DNA of 32,944 nucleotides from Minisyncoccota bacterium. Lineage in GTDB: Bacteria > Patescibacteriota > Minisyncoccia > UBA6257 > JAGOQP01. The DNA is taken from contig JAVHOK010000048.1 of assembly GCA_036170035.1 (NCBI GenBank), positions 1 to 32,944 on the forward strand, read 5' to 3'. The number at the start of each line of letters is the position of its first letter. Position 1 is the first letter of the stretch. Below, piece after piece: positions 1 to 7,280 of the stretch. The notes beneath the pieces were generated by a model, which saw nothing but the letters and a program-made list of their open reading frames with translations, did no database searches and had not been told where the DNA came from. The position numbers and the translations under genes are program-made.

Positions 1-34
1 TCTGAAATTAAATCCATTTATGACTCAACTAAAT

Positions 35-68
35 AAAAAATAATCCGTTATACAACGGATTATTTTTT
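35..68. terminator. bidirectional intrinsic-terminator hairpin
   Basis: Perfect 11-bp stem AATAATCCGTT (39-49) / AACGGATTATT (54-64) with a 4-nt loop. An A-run lies 5' and a T-run 3', so a hairpin plus U-tract forms on either strand. It sits just 3' of the minus-strand gene ending at 88. Confidence 0.7.
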
Positions 69-87
69 ATTCTCTACTTCCTACCTT

Positions 88-2016
88 TTACTTATTACTT
101 ATCTTATATACAAATATAGAAGTTCCAACTTTAGCGTAAGGTTTTTCCCAATCAGAAATCCAAGAATATTCATTTTGAGGGTCTCTGTAATAACCCGGTT
201 CTAGTTTGGCTTTGGCGCTGGCGATAGTGTTAACTGAGATGGCAACCCAGTTTATATTTTCCTTTTTTGGATCTCCTTTGGAGGAATTCCACGGGACAAC
301 TTTATTGCCTAGATAGTAGAAAATATCTCCTCCACCAAAATAATCAACGCCTATTTTGTCTATGTTTTCGCCAGCTGGCGGATTTTCCACGAATGTTTTT
401 AATCTAATTAGATCTTGCCCCCAATCATAGTTTGAATCGGTGACATATTTATATCCTTGCCAAATGCCTCCTCCAATTTGATTGTAGTATGAGAGGTAGT
501 AAGGATAAGCAAAAAATACTTCAAGTAATAGCCAAAGACATAAAAGAACTAAAATAGATAATTTAAGAGAGGTGGTAAATATTTTTTTAAAAACAGAAAA
601 AATCTGACTAATAATTGAATTGGATTGTTGAATTTCTATGTCTATAATCCATTTTTTAATTGAATATATGGCGAGAATATAAATCAAAGGAACCGTGAGC
701 ATAATATGTCTATAGCCTATATTTAATGGGCTCTTCATACTATAAAGCCAGTAAAATATAATCATAACAATGATAGTAAATAACTCAAAGTTATTTGAAA
801 TATATTGGTATAATCTTTTCCATAATTTTTCTTTGTTTTTTATAAATCTAGCCAAAGAAGCGAGTAGACCTATAAATATAATTAAAAGAGAGGGGAGAGG
901 CTCTTTTAGCAAAAAAACAACAGGGAAATAATACCACCATCCGCCCGCTCCAAGATTTCCCAAAAAATAAGAAGAGTTACCGCCACTAGCTCTTTGCATA
1001 ACCATTAATACTCCAAGAGTATATTGTCCTAGCCCTCTAACAACAGGTTTATCCGATGACCAAATGGTTAGTTCCGCCAAACATCGCAAAGATGGTGATG
1101 ATACACAGGTCTCTAAAATTGTTTTTGGACCACCCGCAAAAGAACCAAGGATTGATTGAGTGTCAGATTTTTGTTTTTCAACTGGATAATTGAGAGTAAA
1201 AATAAAATAAACAAACCAAACCAAAAGAAATCCAATGATAAATATTTTAACTAGTTTCCATAGATAACCCATCAAACTTTTGAAAGAGAGGAGGGAAAAT
1301 ATCTTCTCATTTTTTTCTTTGGTTTTTATCAACCAGAAAATTAAGATGTAAAATATAAACAAAGGAATTAAAAGAACAGTAGAAAATTTAAGAAGTTGGG
1401 CGATTCCAAAAAATATTCCCGCCAAGATAATATTTTTTGTGGTTGATTCTTTTAGATATTTTAAGAAAAAATAAAGAGCACTAATAAATCCAAAAGCAGC
1501 TCCAATGTCGGTTGTAACATAATGACCATGAGCTAAAATGCTTGGCGAAAGAGCTGTTAAAAAAGCTGGGATAAGCGCCCATTTTTTTCCAATCAGTTTA
1601 GATGAAAATATGTAAATAAGAACAATCAGAAGTAAAGTTAATATAATAGGAAACAATCTGGAAATAAAGATAATTTTATCTGCATTTTGTCCATTGGCTT
1701 TGTAGATAAATTGATCTCCCATTTCCCATTGTCCGTTTATCTCGTTTGTCCAAGAGGGTTGAGTGGTTGGAAAATTAACTCCAGAGATAAAGACGGGTAA
1801 TTGAGATAGAATCTTTAAAAGGGGTGGATGCTCTGGATTAAGACGATAGTCTAATTGAGAAACATACCCTTGTCCGGCGGGAATATGAGCCAGTTCGTCC
1901 ATAATAGCCGATTCTTGTCTAGAAACGACAAGCATTAATGTTCCTGAAAAGATTAATATTAAAATCAAAACAATGATTGATGTTTTGTCGCTTATTTTTT
2001 GAAGAAAGTTTTGCAT
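88..2016 (-). CDS. GT-C fold integral-membrane glycosyltransferase (ArnT/PMT_2, GT39/GT83-like)
   Basis: 642-aa ORF whose N-terminal two-thirds contain many hydrophobic helices. The DELAHIPAG motif right after the first TM helix resembles the acidic first-loop signature of ArnT/PMT enzymes. The C-terminal domain is soluble. Confidence 0.7.
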   Translation of the reverse strand: MQNFLQKISDKTSIIVLILILIFSGTLMLVVSRQESAIMDELAHIPAGQGYVSQLDYRLNPEHPPLLKILSQLPVFISGVNFPTTQPSWTNEINGQWEMGDQFIYKANGQNADKIIFISRLFPIILTLLLIVLIYIFSSKLIGKKWALIPAFLTALSPSILAHGHYVTTDIGAAFGFISALYFFLKYLKESTTKNIILAGIFFGIAQLLKFSTVLLIPLFIFYILIFWLIKTKEKNEKIFSLLSFKSLMGYLWKLVKIFIIGFLLVWFVYFIFTLNYPVEKQKSDTQSILGSFAGGPKTILETCVSSPSLRCLAELTIWSSDKPVVRGLGQYTLGVLMVMQRASGGNSSYFLGNLGAGGWWYYFPVVFLLKEPLPSLLIIFIGLLASLARFIKNKEKLWKRLYQYISNNFELFTIIVMIIFYWLYSMKSPLNIGYRHIMLTVPLIYILAIYSIKKWIIDIEIQQSNSIISQIFSVFKKIFTTSLKLSILVLLCLWLLLEVFFAYPYYLSYYNQIGGGIWQGYKYVTDSNYDWGQDLIRLKTFVENPPAGENIDKIGVDYFGGGDIFYYLGNKVVPWNSSKGDPKKENINWVAISVNTIASAKAKLEPGYYRDPQNEYSWISDWEKPYAKVGTSIFVYKISNK

Positions 2017-2077
2017 ATTTTTTAAATTACTTATTTAATGTTATTATTTAATTATAATACAAATTGATATAAAATTC

Positions 2078-2434
2078 ATGGATTTTAGACCGAATAAATA
2101 TCTTTGGACAAACCATTCAGAGCATAAAATGAAATATTATGGTCTTAGCCAAAGTCGCGTAAGGCGGGTTTTACATTCCCCGATTAGAATAGAGGAAGGA
2201 GTAGCTCAAAATACTTTTGCAGCTATGCAGCCTGTTTCTTATAAAACAAAAGATGGAGTAAGAACTTGGAGTCAAGAAATTTGGGTAATGGCAACTAATT
2301 TGAAGAGCAAGAAGAGCAACTCTATCAGGATAATTTCTGCCTGGAGATATCCGGGGGTTTCTAAAAATAGAATGAGTTTGCCAGATGATGTTTTAAATGA
2401 AATTCAAGAGGGGATAGCTTCACTTGGGCATTAA
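2078..2434 (+). CDS. small hypothetical protein, possibly DUF4258-like (toxin-like fold)
   Basis: 118-aa ORF. The segment NHSEHKMKYYGLSQSRVRRVL resembles the H-x3-(R/K)M-x2-RG(I/L)S-x3-V pattern I associate with DUF4258. No Shine-Dalgarno sequence is seen. Confidence 0.4.
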   Translation: MDFRPNKYLWTNHSEHKMKYYGLSQSRVRRVLHSPIRIEEGVAQNTFAAMQPVSYKTKDGVRTWSQEIWVMATNLKSKKSNSIRIISAWRYPGVSKNRMSLPDDVLNEIQEGIASLGH

Positions 2435-2581
2435 AACAATGCCCCTTGATCACGCTGGTTCGATTATGCTGATTTGATTTTACTCACCATAAATTGTTAT
2501 AAATCATAGTAAACAGATTAACACAGAAATATATAAACAAACGACTAACAATTTATAACAAAGACAAATATGAATATTTAA

Positions 2582-2625
2582 AAAATAACATTCTCACATT
2601 CTCGAGAATGTGAGAATGTTATTTT
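2582..2625. repeat. 44-nt perfect palindrome (terminator-like hairpin or protein-binding site)
   Basis: AAAATAACATTCTCACATTCTC | GAGAATGTGAGAATGTTATTTT, a perfect 22+22 inverted repeat centred on CTCGAG. It has an A-run on the left and a T-run on the right. It lies about 150 nt after the stop at 2434 and 35 nt before the tyrS start. Confidence 0.85.
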
Positions 2626-2659
2626 ACGACAGGGAGAGGACAGGAAGGGGATTTTTTTA

Positions 2660-3964
2660 ATGTTGTTATTAATTGAGACAAATGATATAAATATAAATAT
2701 GAAAAAAGAGGACAATACCAGATTTGAAATTAATAATTTAGCAAAATTGTTATTTAAAAGGTTTAATGAGAATTGGCAGAAACTGAGTCCAGAGGATTTT
2801 TTAGCCTATCTTAAATCAAAAATTGATCAATCAATCGGTTTTGATGATCTTGAGAAAAAAATTAACCAAAAGAAGAAATTAAAAATTAAAATGGGGATAG
2901 ACCCAACCGGACCAGATGTTCATCTTGGACATCTTTTGCCCATTTTAGTTTTAAGACAATTTCAGAAAGCTGGGCATAAAATAGATTTGATTATCGGTGA
3001 TTTCACGGCTCAGATAGGAGACCCAAGCGGAAGAAGCTCAGAAAGAAAACTTTTATCGGATGCTCAAATTAAAAATAATATGGCTTCGTATAAGAAGCAA
3101 ATTTCTTCCTTTTTGGATTTAAAAAAGACAACAACTCATTTTAATTCAACCTGGTTAAATAAAATTACTCTTAAAAAAATAATATCGGTTTTCCAAAAAA
3201 TTAATGTCTCGGAAGTTTTACAGAGAGAAGATTTTAGAAAAAGACTTGATTCTGGACACGGACTTTCTATGTCAGAAATTTTATATAGTTATGCTCAAGC
3301 GGAAGATTCGGTCTTTTTAAAATCAGATGTGGAAGTAGGGGGAAAAGATCAACTTTTAAATTTTGCTCAAGCAAGAAATGTGATGTCTATTTATGGACTT
3401 GTTCCTGAAACAGCGATAACAACGCCAGTTTTGGAGGGTATTTTTGGAGATGGAAAGAAGATGTCAAAAAGTTTAGGAAATTATATTCCGATTTTATCTT
3501 CTGCGGAAGAAAAGTTTGGGAAAATTATGTCTGTTCCAGATAATTTGATCGCCCCTTATTTTAAAGCTTTTGCTGATTTAAAAGCTGATGAAATTGAGCA
3601 AATAAAATCTTTTGTTGAGATGAACCCCATGGAGACAAAAAAGCAGTTAGGAATGTTTTTGGTGGCGATTAGTGAAAAGAAATTTGAAAATGGAGAAATA
3701 GAGAGAGAAAAGTTTGAAAAAAAGTTTAGTAAAAAAGAATTTGGAAAAGAAACTCCTAGTTTGAAAATAGAAGGTGATGAGAATGTTTTTGATGCTCTTT
3801 TTAAGACGGGTGAGTTTAAAAGTAGGGGGGAATTATTTAGAATTTTTGAGCAAAGCGGAGTTCGTTTAATTGAGCCAAAAGAAAAAGTTCTAAACAAAAA
3901 TGACATTGTTAAAAACGGAATAGTTAAGGTGGGTAAGATAAAATATTATAAAATTGTAATCTAA
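2660..3964 (+). CDS. tyrS: tyrosyl-tRNA synthetase
   Basis: Class I signatures HLGH (HIGH) and KMSKS are present, plus GGKDQ. The C-terminal S4-like RNA-binding domain (KSRGELFRIFEQSGVRL) is typical of TyrRS. A purine-rich SD (AGGAAGGGGA) sits 6-7 nt upstream of ATG 2660. Confidence 0.9.
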   Translation: MLLLIETNDININMKKEDNTRFEINNLAKLLFKRFNENWQKLSPEDFLAYLKSKIDQSIGFDDLEKKINQKKKLKIKMGIDPTGPDVHLGHLLPILVLRQFQKAGHKIDLIIGDFTAQIGDPSGRSSERKLLSDAQIKNNMASYKKQISSFLDLKKTTTHFNSTWLNKITLKKIISVFQKINVSEVLQREDFRKRLDSGHGLSMSEILYSYAQAEDSVFLKSDVEVGGKDQLLNFAQARNVMSIYGLVPETAITTPVLEGIFGDGKKMSKSLGNYIPILSSAEEKFGKIMSVPDNLIAPYFKAFADLKADEIEQIKSFVEMNPMETKKQLGMFLVAISEKKFENGEIEREKFEKKFSKKEFGKETPSLKIEGDENVFDALFKTGEFKSRGELFRIFEQSGVRLIEPKEKVLNKNDIVKNGIVKVGKIKYYKIVI

Positions 3965-3970
3965 AAATAT

Positions 3971-4981
3971 ATGAATCTTTCTATCGGAATTGTAGGACTA
4001 CCTAATGTTGGGAAGTCCACGCTTTTTAAAGCACTAACAAAAAACGATGTTTATATTGCTAATTATCCTTTTGCTACAATTGATCCTAATGTGGGGATTG
4101 TTGCTGTACCCGATGAAAGATTGGAGATTTTAAACAAGATAAGCAGTTCAGCAAAAAAAGTTCCAGCAGTCGTGGAGTTTTATGATATTGCAGGACTAGT
4201 TAAGGGAGCGAGTCAAGGTCAAGGGCTTGGCAACCAATTTTTATCTCACATAAGAGAAACGGAAGCTGTTATACAAGTAGTAAGATGTTTTATTAGTGAT
4301 GAAATTGTTCATGTGGAAGAGGGGATAGATCCTCTTCGAGATATTACAATTATCAATATGGAGTTAATGTTGAGAGACTTGGATGCTGTAGAAAAAAGAT
4401 TGGGGAAACTAGAGGGAGAAGTTAGAACTGGGGATAAAGAAAAAATTAAAGAATTTGAGTTAATTAAAAAAATTGCGCAATCTCTTAAAGAAGAGAAAAT
4501 GCTTTATCTTTTGGATAACGAAATTCTTTCTAATCCAGCTGTTAAATCTCTTAATCTTTTAACGGCAAAAAAACAAATTTATTTACTAAATGGCAAAGAA
4601 AGTGATGCATCTCAAGATCTGAAAGATAAAATTACAAACGACTTTAAAGCTGATTATATTGTTTTTGATTTGAGTTGTGAGCCAGATTTATCTATTTTAA
4701 TAAGAAAGGCCTATCAAATTCTTAATTTGATTAGTTTTTTTACAACTGGAGAGGATGAAACAAGGGCTTGGACGATTTTAAATGGATCAAAAGCTCCTTG
4801 CGCCGCAGGAACTATTCATACGGACTTTGAAAATAAATTTGTTAAGGCAGAGGTTATCAGTTATGAAGATTTAGTAAAAAATGGAGGATGGACTCAAGCA
4901 AAGCAAAAAGGATGTATGCGATTGGAAGGAAAAGAATATATCGTTAGAGATGGTGATGTGATGATAATAAAACACGGGTGA
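3971..4981 (+). CDS. ychF: ribosome-binding ATPase YchF (Obg-like GTPase family)
   Basis: N-terminal P-loop GIVGLPNVGKST, DIAGLVKGAS, and the C-terminal YchF/TGS-like segment TIHTDFENKFVKAEVISYEDL. It starts 6 nt after the tyrS stop. Confidence 0.9.
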   Translation: MNLSIGIVGLPNVGKSTLFKALTKNDVYIANYPFATIDPNVGIVAVPDERLEILNKISSSAKKVPAVVEFYDIAGLVKGASQGQGLGNQFLSHIRETEAVIQVVRCFISDEIVHVEEGIDPLRDITIINMELMLRDLDAVEKRLGKLEGEVRTGDKEKIKEFELIKKIAQSLKEEKMLYLLDNEILSNPAVKSLNLLTAKKQIYLLNGKESDASQDLKDKITNDFKADYIVFDLSCEPDLSILIRKAYQILNLISFFTTGEDETRAWTILNGSKAPCAAGTIHTDFENKFVKAEVISYEDLVKNGGWTQAKQKGCMRLEGKEYIVRDGDVMIIKHG

Positions 4982-5019
4982 TAAAAATTTAAAATTTAAA
5001 GTTCAAATTTAAAAACTAT

Positions 5020-5286
5020 ATGAAATTAATGAATGGAGAAACTTTTGGGGAATATATGCAAAAATCAATAACTGATAATCCAGATGAAACAAAAGCAAGA
5101 GAATTATGGAAGAGTAAAGATAGGGTTAGAATTTTAGTGGATGGAAAAATGGAAGATGATGGGGAAGTGGTTAGAGTTGCACAAAAAGATGATGATAGTA
5201 TTGTAGTTGGAGTGGCGAATAAAAAATTAACTTATCAAGTTTTTGTTCCTTTGGAAGAATTTTTTAAATGGCAAGAAGAAAAATAA
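5020..5286 (+). CDS. hypothetical protein
   Basis: 88-aa ORF that fills the gap between ychF and a convergent gene. No recognisable motif. Confidence 0.45.
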   Translation: MKLMNGETFGEYMQKSITDNPDETKARELWKSKDRVRILVDGKMEDDGEVVRVAQKDDDSIVVGVANKKLTYQVFVPLEEFFKWQEEK

Positions 5287-5290
5287 AAAA

Positions 5291-6853
5291 TTATTGAGTT
5301 ACTTCTTTTTGATCAAGATAAAAGATGACGCTGTTTGTTGTGTCTATATTTTTTTCTTCATCTTGACTGATATAATAGATATTTTGTTTTTTTCTTGATT
5401 TTTGTCCAAATGAATCGGTAATAAACATAGTTGTTTGTAGTTTCATAGGAAGGTCTCTAACTGGAGTGCCATCTTTAGAATAGACAACATATTTTTTTAT
5501 CAATGGAGACATATTTTTTATTTGATGTCCAATTTCAACGTAAGAAGAAGCAAAGGCGTCTTTTGTGTTTTGGTTTTTTCCCCAAGTGATAAAATATTGC
5601 TGATAAATTGTTAGAATTAGAAAAAGAGCAATTAAACCAAAAAATATTTTTAGAGTTTTTATATTGACTTTTGGACTAAGAATTTCAAAGAGATAACGCA
5701 ATCCCATAGCGCTGATAATATAAACAGGAACAATCATTAAAATAGATCTTAGGGCGTGTGGAATCCCTTCGTTTGAAATAATGACTGGTAAAAAAGCTAC
5801 GACTAACCAAACAAGAGAAATCAACCACAGGTTTTTTTCTTCTTTGCTTGATTGTGGGTCTTCTTTTTTAAAAAATTTGTATAAACCATAAATTAAACCG
5901 ATTAGAAACATAACGCCAACAATTGGATGAATCTGCGGTTGTCCTGATAAATTATGTCTCCAATTGGAATCGCCGTGAATAAAAAACATTTGGATAGTTT
6001 CTAAAGTATTAAGAGAGAGATTTTTTATTGGCGTAGGTGATGCAAAAACAGAAAGTTGAGATGTTCTTCCCATAAAATCAGCAGGATTTTTAAGAAAATA
6101 GATACCTAATGGAGCAAAGACAATTAAAGCTAAACCAACATAGACACAGAATACTCCAATTAATTTTTTTAAATTTGTTTTATAATAAAAATATTCAATC
6201 AAAAAGGCAACGATAATAATAATCGGCGTAGCTCGATAAGCAATATAAGAATGCATTCCAAGTCCATAGAGAATTCCGCCGATAGCTGAGAAAATTATCA
6301 AAAAACTAATGGCGTCTTTTTTATTTTGAGGGATGAAATCGGGTTGGGATTTATTTCTAATAGAGTTAAAAACTTTAATGAGAAAATAAAGACCCCAAGT
6401 CATAAAAGCACTTGCCATAATTGCTCTAAATCCTATTCTAGAAAAATTAATATGCCAAAAACTTGTAGCAACTAAAAAGGAAGATACTAAAGCTATCCAT
6501 TTGCTCTTACTTGTATTTTTAAGATATTCTAGAACAAGAAAATAAACACCCAAAACCGTTAAAATTCCAAATATAGCGCTAGCAGTTCTAAGAACCCATG
6601 GTTCGTTGGTATTAAATATTTTTAGTAGTATGGCTTGAATATTTATAAATAAACCTTCACGGCCGTTATTTTCTGGATAAAAAACTTTAAATTGAGATAG
6701 TCCTTGACCGGAAATGGCCTCTAGGGCATTATTTCCATTCATAGCTTCATCGGGATATAAACCCGGGGGGATCGAAGCTAAATTGTATAACCTAAAAAAT
6801 CCTGCTATAATTAAAATAATAATCAATAAGTAATTTTTCTTTAGAAAATTCAT
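5291..6853 (-). CDS. GT-C fold integral-membrane glycosyltransferase (family 39/ArnT-like), second paralogue
   Basis: 520-aa ORF with many TM helices. The YPDEAMNG motif after the first TM helix resembles the first-loop acidic motif of PMT_2/ArnT enzymes. Confidence 0.7.
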   Translation of the reverse strand: MNFLKKNYLLIIILIIAGFFRLYNLASIPPGLYPDEAMNGNNALEAISGQGLSQFKVFYPENNGREGLFINIQAILLKIFNTNEPWVLRTASAIFGILTVLGVYFLVLEYLKNTSKSKWIALVSSFLVATSFWHINFSRIGFRAIMASAFMTWGLYFLIKVFNSIRNKSQPDFIPQNKKDAISFLIIFSAIGGILYGLGMHSYIAYRATPIIIIVAFLIEYFYYKTNLKKLIGVFCVYVGLALIVFAPLGIYFLKNPADFMGRTSQLSVFASPTPIKNLSLNTLETIQMFFIHGDSNWRHNLSGQPQIHPIVGVMFLIGLIYGLYKFFKKEDPQSSKEEKNLWLISLVWLVVAFLPVIISNEGIPHALRSILMIVPVYIISAMGLRYLFEILSPKVNIKTLKIFFGLIALFLILTIYQQYFITWGKNQNTKDAFASSYVEIGHQIKNMSPLIKKYVVYSKDGTPVRDLPMKLQTTMFITDSFGQKSRKKQNIYYISQDEEKNIDTTNSVIFYLDQKEVTQ

Positions 6854-6871
6854 AATATAAATATTAATAAT

Positions 6872-7279
6872 ATGGAAGACATTAGTAATAATATCAATTT
6901 TGCGGAACTCTCACAAGCAATTGCCGACAAAAGATTGGAATCTCCAGAATATCAACATCTTTCTGATAAAGAAGTTTTGTCCCAGATAATAAGACAGCAT
7001 AAAAATGATCAGCCAACGGTAGTTGTCCCAGTGCCCACAACAACCCAGACAGTAGCGCCAACTATTTCAAGTAATGATGAATATGATAATCTTCCTGATT
7101 ATGCAAAGGATATGCCCGTAGAGATAAAAGAAAGGGTTGAGGTTTTGATTAGATTAACTTTGGATAAAGGGATTGTATATGGTTACAAAAGAGCTCAAAG
7201 AGAGGATCCGGCAGTTTTAGATATGTTTCATGATGCGTTGGTTGATAAGCTCTATGAAAAGATAAAAGAATTAAAATAA
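6872..7279 (+). CDS. hypothetical protein, translationally coupled to the downstream T4CP-like ATPase
   Basis: 135-aa ORF. Its stop codon ends 1 nt before the ATG at 7281. It has a Thr/Pro/Val-rich linker in the middle. Confidence 0.55.
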   Translation: MEDISNNINFAELSQAIADKRLESPEYQHLSDKEVLSQIIRQHKNDQPTVVVPVPTTTQTVAPTISSNDEYDNLPDYAKDMPVEIKERVEVLIRLTLDKGIVYGYKRAQREDPAVLDMFHDALVDKLYEKIKELK

Positions 7280-7280
7280 A

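Noticed and set aside
1-36. Possible 3' end of a plus-strand gene (SEIKSIYDSTK*) at the window edge
   Set aside because: Only 11 codons are visible. The downstream bidirectional terminator is consistent with this, but the evidence is too thin to call a CDS.
2457-2465. GGTTCGATT T-loop-like motif suggesting a tRNA after the 118-aa ORF
   Set aside because: The flanking bases do not form a T-stem (CGCTG versus TATGC). No acceptor, D or anticodon arms can be drawn.
2435-2659. T-box riboswitch upstream of tyrS
   Set aside because: A terminator-like hairpin sits in the right place. However, I could not find the conserved T-box sequence, a specifier loop with a UAC Tyr codon in context, or an alternative antiterminator pairing. 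It is kept only as an unexplained palindrome.
3556-3906. Antisense shadow ORFs nested inside well-supported genes: 3556-3906, 8406-8639, 10069-10263, 11289-11582, 14881-15132, 15909-16103, 16305-16514, 17049-17231, 20876-21115, 22625-22840, 22880-23110 and 31108-31380
   Set aside because: Each lies entirely within, and opposite to, a gene with clear family motifs. Their translations are low-complexity (S/F/L/I/N/K-rich), as expected from reverse frames of AT-rich coding DNA. None has an SD or terminator.
4985-4997. AAATTTAAAATTT-type motif recurring at 4985-4997, 18507-18521 (reverse strand) and 29587-29598, often just upstream of start codons
   Set aside because: The motif is pure A/T and nearly self-complementary, in a genome where spacers are extremely AT-rich. 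I cannot distinguish it from low-complexity background without statistics. It might simply reflect A/U-rich, S1-dependent translation initiation regions.
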